A stretch of 58,575 nucleotides of DNA, filler included, from Sphacelaria rigidula (GCA_964200075.2; 9 parts of 9 records of this genome joined end to end with filler, not necessarily neighbours in it); one strand, 5' to 3'. Shown: positions 38,851 to 51,724, counted from the first letter of the whole stretch. Notes: generated by a model not told the origin, from the sequence alone. Program-made: numbers and translations.

Positions 38851-40200
38851 CTGGAAACAAACGTTGCCACGCCCAAGCACTCCTTGCATGGCTGATAGTG
38901 GCCGTAACGCAGCGCAAACGTGCAACGGCGGTGGCAGTGGCGAAGTTGGGAGGGGGGGGGGAGGCGTCCTCATTTGGTGCATGCCTTAGTCGGTTGACCA
39001 TCCACCACGCATCCCTTTCNNNNNNNNNNNNNNNNNNNNNNNNNNNNNNNNNNNNNNNNNNNNTTAATTAATTAANNNNNNNNNNNNNNNNNNNNNNNNN
39101 NNNNNNNNNNNNNNNNNNNTGTCCTATGCAGTTCTCCACACCATGAACGCAGCCGCTCTGTACCTGCGGCGAACGTGTACGCGGGATATCACCCCTCGCT
39201 ACGCGCTATATCGCTGCGCCACATTTTGTAAAGCTGTCCGTGTTTCAGCTACAGCGTGCGTTTGCCCCAGGTGGCGCACGCAGGAGTGAAAGGTCGCCTC
39301 CGCCGCTGTGATGGCTGCCCACCTAGAAAAACTCCTCTGTTGGCCTTCCTTCTTTGTGACCCCGGCTGTTGTGCCCACATACACCGAAAGGTGGAGATCG
39401 GCATCCAGAATATATGGGACGACAACACACACAACGCACTGTGCGCAGTACACTTTTAGCATCTTGTTCGCACTGACTGCAAAATTCTTTCTCCAGGGTC
39501 TGATATGTTTCTACATATAATGCAGGGCCTGGTATATCTCCACATGTGTATTTTGTTACTCAGTGAGATGGTGAAAAAATCCGCAACGTCTGAGCGAACT
39601 GCAGGTGAGGCAATCGCCCAAATATTCACCTGAAAACCCTGCTCCAGTGCACTGTAAGTTGATATCGCTAGAAGGACACTGCCATAACCACCTTGCCGGC
39701 TGCCAGACTGTCAAAACGTAGAATCCGCTATCATTGCTACTGTCTGTACGGGGATGTTGCACCCTTGTCGGGTACGTGGGGAAGGGTCTGTGGCAGAACA
39801 CAGTGGTCGCGTCAAGCAACTGCACGCTGGGCGTTCTCACTCAAGACCTCGATTTGGAGGATGATACTAGGTAGACAGCAGCAACTGCTGTGTGTCCAGG
39901 TACCCCTTGGACCAAGATGCGTTTGGTTTCTGTTTGACAAAGTTTCCTCCAAAAAACCGAAATCAAAAGGGGTTTCAGAGTGGGGAATCTAGCAAAAACA
40001 AAGTCGCAAAAATCGAGTCGCAAAAAACCGGTTAGTCGAATTTTTACCCAGAGTAGAAACCAGAATTCACCTCGTGAAATTGGAATGAAGATTCGTATCG
40101 ATTTTATTTGAATGGTCCCCCAGGGACCTAGCCGTCGTCACATCATCGACGAGCCCGAAAGATTTAGTACGCAACACTTACAAATATGCACATATCCATC

Positions 40201-40712
40201 CCCTTTGAGGGTTGGCGTCGGCCGGCAACGATGCTGTAAAATACGCCACTCACTGCGTAAGCTAGTCAACCAGGTTTCCGTTTTTTTCTCGTTTTTTTTT
40301 TTTTTGCGGTAGCAGTTGTAGTGATCGAGCTAGATCATGTTGTGCAGGGTGGAGAACCTCAACTCTGCACAAAGTGGATGGTCGTAAGACGTAGTGTCCA
40401 CATGCTTAGACACCCATCAGGGGGTGTGGCCCGTGACTGTCTCTAGAAGTGGCGATACCAGAAAATGAAGCAACCCATTGTAGGCTGTCATCTAAATGAA
40501 AGATAATCAGTACGCTTTGGGCCGAAAATCTTGGTTCGAGGCACCTCACCCTTCACGCGACTCGCCGAACACATCACGGCGCTTCGCGCTTGGCGATGGC
40601 GAGCCTGGTCCGGCGAATCCGGCGTGATCCGTCCCGGCCTTTTAAGCATGCAAGATCAATGGTCTTGTGATTGCGGCATGCAAGATCATGAGTACCCCCC
40701 CCCCTCTCCCCT
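40201..40712 (+). mobile_element. SINE-like element, near full length, with C-rich tail
   Basis: Colinear with 26411-26892; ends GGCATGCAAGATCATGAGTA(C)n. Confidence 0.85.
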
Positions 40713-40723
40713 TCCCCGCCGTA

Positions 40724-41924
40724 CGAGCTGGGCCAGCCTAGAGGCTGCATGAAAGTTTGCAGGCGGATGCGCCGGCCAATATTTGGAGTTAGACCCTGAA
40801 ATTTGGTATGGATAATGCATAGGGCATAATAAAAAATCGGGAAGAAGCACCAGAACTTTTTTTTTTCGTGAGTTAAAGGCGTTTTGCTGAAACCTGAAAA
40901 CTGATTATTGCCCTTAACTCACGAAAAAAAATCTGGTGCTTCTTCTCGAATTTTTATTATGCCCTATGCATTGTCCATACCAAATTTCAGGGTCCAACTC
41001 TAAATATTGGCCGGCGCATCCGCCTTTTAAGAACCGGACCGGTAGAAATTCGGGACAGTATTTCGCAGGCCACTCACCGGCCCACGTTTGGTTTTTGTGT
41101 ATTGAAAATTTTTGTGGGCCCTCGTCAGCGCAGGATTAACAACACTCAGTGGGTCAGTTGTTTTTTAATTCATTTCTTCACTGGTTGAGGGCGTTTTAGT
41201 ATGGTAAATGCCATTTCTTCACGAGAACGCCCCAACCTCTACGAAAAATATATAAAATGAAGGCCCATTTCTTCTTTTTTTTCGGCACACTGTTGTGGTT
41301 CTCCATCCTAACTTTCAAATCACAATTCTAAAAATTGAGCTAAAACATTTAGATAAGGCCCAAGAGCAACGCTCATTTCTCTTCAAAACTCCACTACAAA
41401 CACGAAAAAAAATGAAGAAAAATGAATAAAGGTAGCAGGCAGTTTTATTTCTTTTCTTATGCAGTAGCGGTCCACCACACGAAATTTTATGGAACAACTC
41501 TCAAAAACTGAGACGCAATATCCAGACTTCGGGCACCTAGTGCCTCTGCTCGTAATCTAATGGTTTTAGTATGGAAACTTATGTGCGCCATATCTCGGCA
41601 TAGATAACGAATTAGGTGAAGGTAAGGGTATCTATCGTCTCCTCGTGCTCCAGAGAATGTCCACACCACAATTCGTCGTCATCCGCTGAATGTATCGATC
41701 GGGGGTTTCATGGAGATTTAGTATGGACGCCATCTCCGTTTGTATAAGAATTACTAGACATGGCGTTTAATCAACGAGAAAATATGGGCCCAAACTTTTG
41801 AGCAGATGGGCACCTTCCACTTGATTAGACGATTAATGCAATATGCAGATCATGGCCCAACTCGTCCGTGTCGACGAGATATTGCTTTGAGAGCTTAAAT
41901 CAGTGTCTAGGCTGGCCCAGCTCG
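40724..41924. mobile_element. Tc1/mariner-type non-autonomous DNA transposon, complete
   Basis: Perfect 18-bp TIR CGAGCTGGGCCAGCCTAG with TA on both sides (40722-40723, 41925-41926); no transposase ORF. Confidence 0.9.
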
Positions 41925-44825
41925 TAGCTCGCAATGATGGCGCTGCTTGAGTCAGGAGTTTCATGTGTTTTTTTGGAGGTTACGGTATGACATGGTATTG
42001 TATTTCATATTCGACTCGTGAGTATGAGATTCGACGTGATCCGGTCGGCATGTGTTCTCCGCGCTCCACACGCCGCAAGGAAGCGCGTGCGTTTTACGCA
42101 TGATCTCTTTAGATATTTTTCGAGGACTGTAAGCAACAGACCCAGTCCACTATTTATCTTCTCTTTTGGCATACATATAACCTCCGCCGCTCATTCCTAG
42201 GGGCGAGCCTATAGTCTCGAAGAGTCAAACCCCTCTGCTCTCCGGTGTCTATCTTGCGCCGTGCTGTCGAGATTGATGTTTTCTTTTCCAGTTTCCCCAC
42301 GCTTCTCGATTTTACCATGGGCAAGAAATTACGTATTTTAAGCTCGGGAGCATTTATCACGTGACCACGGGTGAATTCTTAGTTGATCAGTGAGCGTGCG
42401 AAAATCACTCAATCTATCGACCAATCGGGTGAGCCCCCTCGCAGCCCGTCGGTTTGAGTCTCATTCCTTGTGGCAGCGTCCGTTCTCACGTTTTTGCACG
42501 ACGGACACTATGAAAAAAGAAAACGGCGCCGGTGTCGTCATTCGAATTCGGAAGGGCCTTCTAAATCTGTGGCGATGCACTTGTTCGATCACAGGGGGGT
42601 GGAGGCTGTCATGACACGTTGGGTCTCTGTCCTAACTCGACGTTTCGAATGTGTGAGATGCTGAACTGCTTATGTTATGTTGTTTCTTGTGGCATGATTT
42701 ATTATCTTTCCTGCGGTCGTCAAGTCAACCACTACTCATGACAGCTGTCTCAATCGTCTCATGATACATATCTCAAACATAAAGGAGCAAGGCCGGTTGT
42801 TGAAATATACCGCTTCTGTGGGGTCTCAGGAATGTGTTACGAGAGTTCCGCGTTAGTCAACAGTAGAGGGGGAAAAGGGGTTTTACAGCATTGCCCCCCC
42901 GCCGCCTAGTATATCAGTGAATTGTCTACGTTTAAGGTCGTGGTTTGTGCTATAGAACAAGTCAGTATAAGGAGAAACGCCGGATTCCCCACCTTATAAG
43001 CAAACGGCGATTTTGACCTCCATCGTTATCGTTGAACGACTCTTCTGTACTTTTCACATGTATTTTGACGCACGTTTTTTTTTACCTCCTCCCGATCCAA
43101 CGAGAACGCGCCGTCTACCGTGCGAGGAACGTTGAACAACTTTTTCGTCGGAGTTGGGAATCTGGCTTCTGATTGAGATTGAGCTTTCAATGAACATACG
43201 CACCAGGGCAAATAGTAACATCGTATTCAGCATTCACTGCGTAAGGAACAACAGCCGAGAGCGTTTTGTCAGTAGTATATACGGAAACGAGATGGTGTTG
43301 AGCAAGTGCCCGCTGAACAAACATCAACTGCGCGATCGTGCGTACTCCCTCATGAGATGCGTACGTCCTCCATGTCTCCTTTCCCCACCCACTGTAGGCG
43401 AGGTACGCGGCGGGCACACGAGAAATACTGGAGGCGTTTCTGTGCGGCAAGCCCCCGAGGGAAGAGTATCGCATCGTTCATCAGGGAAAACTTGCCGGCG
43501 CTGGGGCTCACGCCTACATGTGGGTCACGATTTCTTTTTAGCTGCGACGTCAGCATTTTGTTTTCGATGTTGCTCCTGCGCTACACATGAACTGCAGCAT
43601 GTGCAAGCATGCATGTTGCAATTAACGTAGCATAGACGACGATGACTCCGATCCCTCAGATGGTGAATATTTGGTGTTGAGATTTTTCACCAGTTTGGCC
43701 CTGGAATCCGATGTCTGAACACACGGTTGGTTTTTAATCTGGGACACGAATATATTCGAATCTTTGTAGGGCTGACAATGCCTCCTGTCCGCCCGCGGCG
43801 TGTATAGCACGCGTTTCGGATATCAAGCCGTGCCAGCGCACACGTTGATCAAGGCACGCTTTTCACGCTCCCAGGCCCGGGGGTTGTCGGTCCGCGTTGA
43901 GTTGGGGTTTGAGTTGTGGTTAGCCTTTGGGCTTGGTAAGAAACAAGGCAAGTTCAACTGGGGAGAGCTCGACTCAGTGTTTCAGACCCCGACGTTTATT
44001 GCCGGAAGGTAGAATCTAGGGAGTAACGAAATTACGCTATACTTCCTGTGCGAAAATGGTGCCAAAAAATGTCGAAAACGTGTTTTCCGGGGGCGTTTTT
44101 CGAGGGGGAGGGGGGGGGGTATACTGTACGTACCGGTGACTAAAACCACCGTCTAACGTATCGAGAACTTACCACAAACTTTGCCTGTTCTAATATACCC
44201 ATTTTGCTAATACCTTGTCGAGATAACTTCTGGTTGGCAGAAACTCGGAGCGATTGAACCCACCTCTTAGATCGCTCCTGCCGGAAGACTGATACTACAA
44301 TACTCTGTCTCCCGACCACGGCCGTCTGCTTAGCATATATCCCCATCAGCGACCACCACAATTGCTGTAAGCGTTAGCCCCTGGCATTCTGACTGCGAAG
44401 TTTTTCGGATCTTTCGTGCAGGAGTGTTTGGACGTGAAAGTCACTTTACACATATTCGCGCTGTTACATAGACACGTGGATGCGCTGGAAAACAACTGCT
44501 GTCTCAGGCAGTCGGAGGGTAAACACGCATATCTCTAGCTTTCTGAAACCACAGCGGGGAACACTTCTCCTCCCCCACCCGTGACCACTTCCCCCAACTG
44601 CATCCCCCCGCCCCCACGACAACATCGCCTACGCAGCGAGGGAGACGCCACGAAGGGACACAGCGAGCAGTCATCTCCTGTCTAACGTCTGCCGGCCACA
44701 CCCTGCGTATATCTGTTAGCGCATCGAATGCCCAAGTAAGGGCGGCGCTCTCTCGACAAGATGCGAACGACGTGACGGCACGCCGTCATTGCTATATATA
44801 TTATATATATATATATGTATATATG

Positions 44826-44963
44826 TCACCCTGGACAATCGATCATGTCGTCAAAAATGTACTGCGTACAGTGTGGAATCTATCGTCCATTACAGTAGAC
44901 GCAATAATAGTCGATAATGTACACAGTACACTTTTTTACAGGGCAATCTATTGTCCAGGGTGA
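44826..44963. mobile_element. Small MITE inside a (TA)n microsatellite; related sequence inverted at ~55385-55512
   Basis: TCACCCTGGACAAT / ATTGTCCAGGGTGA, with TA runs on both flanks. Confidence 0.75.
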
Positions 44964-45905
44964 TATATATATATATATATATACATATATGCCCCTGCGC
45001 CCCGGTGAGTCAACCGGGTACTTCATCGGGCAGTTCAGGCAGAGCGATTTAGCGTAGGGGGTTCTCATGCCCTCGGTTTGAATGGTGTGATATACGAGTT
45101 TCCGCGGGGGAATGCTTGAGAACGTGAATGACCGAAAAGACAGCAATAATAATCCATGAGCTACGGGTGTGGTCATGATCCAATAATGATGATCCAATGC
45201 TCGATAGACAAATCGCAAGGTAGATATCACGGGAGATATGGGATGGTCCCCAGAGACAGGCGTCCTGCGGACTCGTCGCGGTGACGGAAGCGATTGTAGG
45301 AATAACGGAAGACATACATGCACCCGTAGAGTATCTCGACTTAACTTCTGGGCATCTTTCTATCTGGCTTTTTCGTTATCTGTGTAGTCAATTCTGCCAG
45401 CGGCTTGTGGGTGAGCTATGTTTTTCATGTAGGGTTTGCTCTGTGGCGTCTGCTGCCTGTTATGGGTTGTGTATAGATTGATACGTAACAAGTACATGTG
45501 CCTGGGGGCATGTGGGAGAGGGGGGGGGGGGGGGGAATNNNNNNNNNNNNNNNNNNNNNNNNNNNNNNNNNNNNNNNNNNNNTTAATTAATTAANNNNNN
45601 NNNNNNNNNNNNNNNNNNNNNNNNNNNNNNNNNNNNNNGTTCGTTCTAGCCAATACCGCCAATATGAGGCGCTCCATGCAGCCTGAACCCGAACAGCAGG
45701 CGTTGTATGGTCAATTTTTTCGCGACGTTTTTAGCTGGTTTTTTGGGGGGGGTATCGTAGAAAGTGTCTGGCATGTTACCTTGCAGTAGAAGCTTTCCGC
45801 TATCTGTACGGTTGTGTTTTAAGTGCAAGAAAAATGCGGGTAATTCGCTTTTTTTTTCATAATTATTATTGCTCCACTGGTGATCTACGGGTCTCATACG
45901 TACAG

Positions 45906-46043
45906 GCGCTGTACGAGACGGTGCCCATGGCAGAGAGGGCTACCCAGATCATCTACCCGTCCCCCGTGCTGTCGCCCCTGGAGAGCAAAGTACGACGAAT
46001 GCTGGAGGACCTTGTGGAGGGCGAGAAAATCACCGGCTGCCAA
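45906..46043 (+). CDS. Beta-lactamase-family protein (ABC1 kinase/beta-lactamase fusion-like), exon A
   Basis: TACAG/GTACGT; 46 codons: ALYETVPMAERATQIIYPSPVLSPLESKVRRMLEDLVEGEKITGCQ. Confidence 0.85.
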
Positions 46044-46284
46044 GTACGTCGCGCCTATTTCGTAGTTGCCGTTCCCCGAGTCGTTTCGTGGGGAGACCAC
46101 CGGACGGCGAGATCCCGGCTTTTGTCTCCCACGATACTTGCTGTGCTCTACTACATGTAGATTGCGTTGATTTGTCGAATAGTTGTCCAGAGTGGAGGTC
46201 GGAGTCTGGTCCCTGAGCCTAAGCATACATGACAGGCGCGCGCTTCTTCACCGGGGAGACGGTTCGTTCGAACTTCATGTCCTA

Positions 46285-47468
46285 CGCGCTGGGTAGCCTA
46301 TAAAGCGGATGTAAGCTCTCTGTCATATTTCTCATCGACAGAGACGAATTGAGCCATGATCTGCATATCATATTTATCTTCAAATCGAGGGGAACATGCT
46401 CATTTGCTCAAAAGCCTGGGCCAAAATTTGTCGTGGATTGAAAAACATGTCCAGTGATCCCTATACCCTATGGGTATAAAGTCCATACTGAAGTCTATAT
46501 GAAACCTCGAACGATCTTTTTAGCGGATGATGAAGACTTTTGATGCGAACCTTCCCTAGAGCACAGGGAAAGGATCGATACCCTCGACTTCACCCAATTC
46601 GTCATCTATCTAAAGATAGGACACGCATGAGATAAGATGCTAAACCCAATATATTACGAGCAGAGGCACTAAAGGCACAGATCTGGATTTCTTGTTTCAG
46701 TTTCTGAGAGTTGTGTTTCAAAATTTGGTATGAAGAAGCGCTAGGGCACAATGAAAAAATATCTTGAGCTCCTTGAGTTTTTTTTTTTCATTTCTCTATG
46801 GTGTTCTAGTGATTCGTGGACATTGTTCTTGGCCCTCATCTCCGTTTCTCAGCTCATGTTTTAGAGTGGTGATTCAAAATTGAGTTTGATGAATCACAAA
46901 GGCATACTGAAAGTAGAAAAAGTGGGACTTCATTTTTTTCCCAGTTGGTGAGTTAAGGACGTTCTCGTGAAGAAATGGTCCTTTCCTATGCCAAAACGTC
47001 CTTGATTCATGAAAAAGAGCAACGTCTTCCATTTCTTAATTTTATCATGCCCAAACGATTTCCCACGCAAAACTTCAAGGGACAAGTACTAAAATCTGAG
47101 CTAGTAATTGGTCTGCAAATATTTTTCATAATTTCGACTGGCCAAACCTTCTAAATCGCCCGTCCCCACCTCAATTCTCAGAATTGGAATTTCAAATTTG
47201 GAATGGAGCATCGCTAGGGCATAGTTAAAACAGTTCATTTGGGATAAAAGCGTTATTTTGTTTTTTTTCGTGAGTTACAATCATTTTACTGAAATCTTGA
47301 TCTCGATTGTTGTCGTCAAACCATGAACAAAGAATGAAAATTTCGTCCTAGACGTTTTGTCATCATTCCCTCGGGATTCTCCATGCCAAATATGAAAGCC
47401 CAATTCTCAAAATTGAGGTGAGAACGGACCCGCAACCTACAGATCCACTTCTAGGCTGACCCAGCTCT
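46285..47468. mobile_element. Older intronic copy of the Tc1/mariner-type element, opposite orientation to 40724-41924
   Basis: TA|CGCGCTGGGTAGCCTA ... CTAGGCTGACCCAGCTC; interior is the reverse complement of the 41-kb copy. Confidence 0.75.
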
Positions 47469-48083
47469 TTAGGCTACTTGCTTTGCGTGGCCGAATCCAT
47501 CAAGTCGTCATTGTGCTTTGTACGAAGCTGGTATCAATTGTACTCATCCTTCTCCCGTCCGTAGTGGTATAGAACGGTATAGCACAGCATCGAATTTGAG
47601 AAAGAAACAGATCGAGGTGTGTGTGTGCGTGTGTTTCTCAGCGAAGTCAACATGATTCGGGGATCTATCATGCACTACTGCATTGTTGCCCTCTTGCCGA
47701 TCGTAATTGTATCGTCACATCGTCTATAGATGGATAGGGAAAATCATGGTATCATGAGGAGGATATGACGACAAAGTTTTGGTTTTCCTGCACGGTATGC
47801 GGGGGTGCTGATGTATATATGTGTGGATAAATGTGTCCCCATTTTTCGAGTCCTCTCCATTTTTTTTTTTTCTTTACTTTTTTCACACTTTTTAAACCTT
47901 CCTTGTATATTCCCCTCATGTCTCATCCTTTTTTCCCCTTCTAAAATATCTTCTTTTCGTCATTTTTCAGTTTCACCTGAACAGCAATACGGTAAACGTT
48001 TTTGTTTGAATTCTGGATACAGACGACGAAGGCAACAATGCCGATAACACTAATGCCGAAAACCGCAACAAAACTGACCGCAG

Positions 48084-48317
48084 GTGTGTGTCATCTACCG
48101 TGGCCGGAAGCTGGTAGACCTGTGCGCAGGGGAGCAGGGACCTGTGGATCCTCGGCCCGTAAAACCTGACACCTTGTTCTGTGTCTTCAGCGCCGGCAAG
48201 GCGGTGTGTTCCACGGCGATTCACATGCTCATGGATCGCGGGCTGCTGATGAGCTATGACCAGAAACTCGGCGATTTCTGGCCGGAGTTCGTCCGCAACG
48301 GGAAAGAGACAACGTCG
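48084..48317 (+). CDS. Beta-lactamase-family protein exon B, containing catalytic SxxK
   Basis: CTGAC..CAG/GTACGT; VCVIYRGRKLVDLCAG...DPRPVKPDTLFCVFSAGK...FWPEFVRNGKETTS. Confidence 0.92.
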
Positions 48318-49100
48318 GTACGTACGAAGGGGCGGACTAGTTGAAATTCAAACGCCTCCGTTACTTGTAGCAAAACCCACGAAGCTACAGAGAGGATGCA
48401 ATAAATAATACGTTCATCTTCATATCCACTCCTGACTAATGCCGAGATAGCCCCCCCACACAAAAAGTGCACCGGAGACGGTCCGAAATACCGGCTGCGA
48501 TGCCACTTTTGGGCTCGTTTGCAGCAATTTCGCCGACATGAGAGGCGTGTAATATGGCAGTCCGAAATCAGGTGTAACACCCAAATGATTCGCGTCGTGC
48601 AGCATGAAACTATCTGTAACGGCATTTTATGATCATCGCCTTCGTGCCCTTTTTTGGCCGGTTCGGGGTGGGGGCTATCTCGTCAGCAGTCTCCTGTTGT
48701 CAATTAGTATGGGATGTATCTGTGGTTGAATCAGCCCCGTGGGCTGATGCGTTCATTTTTCCGCGTGCGGAGGGATATATATCCCGAGTGTATTGTTCCC
48801 TCAGCTTCGATAACACAAGACGGGATCGCTCCCACCTGGGGAAGGTTGCAGGAATATGCGGCACTCTTACCATTGACACAAGATGCACAGAAGAATCCGA
48901 GGGAGAAACCAATGCGTGCGCGGAGACAAATGTAGAGGCATCACAACGGGAAGACAGTGTTCGACTCGAAGGAATTGCAGAGAGGGTTCACGACAAAGGA
49001 AGTAGAGGAGTGGATTTGTGAAGGCAGCAGGGGCGAACGAAGTAAGGAATGGATTTGTGAAGTACGGGGGAGAGGGAATGATCAACATTGATTATGTTGT

Positions 49101-49210
49101 ATTTTATTTTATTTTTATTTTTGTGTTCTATTTTTGCTGCTCCTGACCACGGGCTGGATTGTTGCAATCAGCTAATGTGAGATAATCAATCAATCAATCA
49201 ATCAATCAAT
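49101..49210 (+). mobile_element. Short retroposon 3' end with (CAAT)n tail inserted in the LINE; similar end at ~55870-55980
   Basis: Interrupts the LINE frame before NWIWK; AATCAG.TAATGTG.GA.AATCAATCAAT at both loci. Confidence 0.7.
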
Positions 49211-49835
49211 AACTGGATCTGGAAGAACAGGTACACACGCGAGAGGTGGAAAAAAGGAGTAGTGGTCAAAATTCTCGAGAAAGGCAACAAGGCGAACCCA
49301 ACAAGTTATAGAGGGATGATGCTACTGATCACCGTAGGGGAAGCATTCCGTAATATTCTGTACGATAGGGGGGGACGATGCTGGGAACGGGAGAAAACGT
49401 CAGCAAGGAGCGAGCGGGGTTTCGACCAAACCGTAGCTGCGTAGACTATGTGTACCCACTAGGTTAGATTATTCAAGGCAGGAAAGACGCCGGGCTGACA
49501 GTGCACTATTTCTTTGTAGACGCGCTGAAGGCCTATGGTACGGTATGGAGAAATGGGCTGTGGGAAAAGATGTGGGAAACCAGGGTCAGGGGGAATATTT
49601 GGAGAATGGCGAAAACGATGAACAAATGTGCGATAAGGGCTGTGATGCTAGATGGTGAACTACCGAAGTGTGTTGACATTTTACCAGGGGTTGCAAAAGG
49701 ATGCACGTTATCACCCACTGTATTCAAGGCATTCGTTAATGACATGATTATGGCATTAGAATCAGCAAAGCGAGAAGTCAAGGTCGGGATAAAACGATGT
49801 CGGGGTAATTAATCGCGGATTATTTCGTGGGTGTA

Positions 49836-50435
49836 CTCCCTCTGTCTCATGAGTTAGGATACCTAAATTTATATTGGCCCTCAACCGTGTCCGATCCGTT
49901 TTTCGATTTTTTTGTTGAAATCTTCGGTGTTTTTCCCGCAATTTGTTTTTCAGCCGGTGCTTGAACCGTGCAGCCGAACGGCCAAAAAAAACAGTCGGCC
50001 CTGAATGTCCGTATGTCACGCCTTCCCCACGGGACGGGATGGCCATCGCAATCTTGACCGCCATTGCGTAGCGGCCACCAACCGATATCTCGGCGGCCCG
50101 TTCGCGAAGTGGGGGTGTGCTGGGGGGCGAGTCCATCGCTAGAATGGTGTAGTGGGCAGGTAGGGTACTAAATTTGGACACTTTTGAGAATTTTTCGAGA
50201 ATTCTCAGAAAATATTCTATAAAAGCATTCATGAAAATATTCCTAAAACAGGCCCAAATAGGGTATATTTCAACACATATAAGGTGAAGAAAAAGAACCC
50301 CGTTTTTATTTTTGTTTCTCTAGCTTCGTCTTCGTTTTTTCTTTCCAATGAACCCGACTACACTATCCTCTCTAACACGGTTGTACCCAGACATGGTAAT
50401 GCCCATAGGTAGCCTTACCTATGAGACGGAGGGAG
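49836..50435. mobile_element. Stowaway-like MITE (Tc1/mariner) nested in the LINE RT
   Basis: TA|CTCCCTCTGTCTCAT ... ATGAGACGGAGGGAG|TA; the LINE frame resumes after removal (FVGV-SQTP). Confidence 0.9.
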
Positions 50436-51724
50436 TATCACAGACACCATAATGATTGCAGAAGCACATAGAGAAGGCCCTAGAGTTCCCCAGGAAATGA
50501 AGGGTGACGATGAATGCAAACAAACGGACGGTACTTTTCTGTAACAAAGATTGGGAAAACCCATTAGACTTCAAACGGAATTGGGGAGAACAGGAAGTGC
50601 CGGTCGTAGACCAGTATATGTACCTTGGCGTAAAGATATCAAAAGCCTGTTCCTGGGATGCACACATAGATCAAGTAATAGGGCAGGGTAGGGGCAGGTT
50701 GGCGAGATGGACGTGATACTATGAGATGCATTATGAAGAACGCGATTGTGCCGAAGCTAGAGCATGCAGGAGAATCACAAGGAGGAAACGCGAAGTTGGT
50801 GAAGCAGCTGGAAATAGCACGGATAACAGTATTGAGAGCAAGAATTGGGAATGTACCCACTTGGAACAACAGAGAACTGAAAAACTGATATGACATTGTA
50901 ACATGAGGGAAGTATCCAGAAAGAGATTGCCAGCCATAGTTGATAGGGCTGTATGGAAGAAAATGACGAAAGGAAGGGCTGGTATGAGGCGGGATAGCGT
51001 TGTCAAGAAAGTGTAACGGGCATAAGAGGAAACCAAGGAGAGGTGAAAGAGTTTTCACAGGAATGTGGGGGGTACAAGACGGAATTAAAATACATGATTG
51101 ATATGAGGGGAAAACGAGCTTGAAGACAGAATTTGGAAAGAGAAGAGCACCTTGAGGTTTACGGAGGGTCAACAGAAGGGATGGAGATGAAACATGTGTG
51201 CCGCTCAATGAACTACGCGAAAAAGTTGAGACTGCACTTTCGGGTGGAGACCTGGACCTGCCATAAAGAAGGAAGAGATATAATAGTATTCGGGTAGAGA
51301 AGAAAGTAGATGTACAGAATTGGACCTGTGGCAGAAAAATGGAGGGTATTACTCATATGGTGGGAGAATGCGGGTTTCACTCGGAGGAAATGGATGTGTT
51401 GGAGGCAAAAATATGAGAGGTGAATGTGATGTGGAATCGTTCAGTACATGAGATTGTGGCGAGGAAACAATCGGTATACTAGGAGATGGATAGTGGCTAT
51501 GCACGACGAATCAAGAAGGAGATAAGATATGTAGAAGGTTTGTTGAATTTATGGAAGAAACGTTGTGGGCGCCGGAATGTTGGAGATGTCTCTATTGGGC
51601 GTAGGAACGGTGCTCCGTCTCCAAAGGGATGCGTGGTCAATGTTCAAAAGACTATTATTAAGCAAGCAACAAATGAGTATATATCTCCCCCCCCGCATTC
51701 GCTACTCGATATCCAAACAAACAG

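Larger units (their letters stand above)
48860..51695 (+). mobile_element. Decayed, 5'-truncated non-LTR retrotransposon (RTE-like LINE) in intron
   Basis: RT motifs KGNKANPTSYRG..LL, GFRPNRSC, FFVDALKAYGTVWRNGLW, GVAKGCTLSPTVF, degenerate ADD (LIADYFVG), YMYLG; frameshifts and stops. Confidence 0.9.

Noticed and set aside
43880..43920. Telomere-like TTAGGG variants (also ~10005-10030, ~12075-12102)
   Set aside because: Too short and degenerate to call interstitial telomeres
48084..48317. Bacterial antibiotic-resistance gene or contamination
   Set aside because: Gene has canonical spliceosomal introns filled with host TEs
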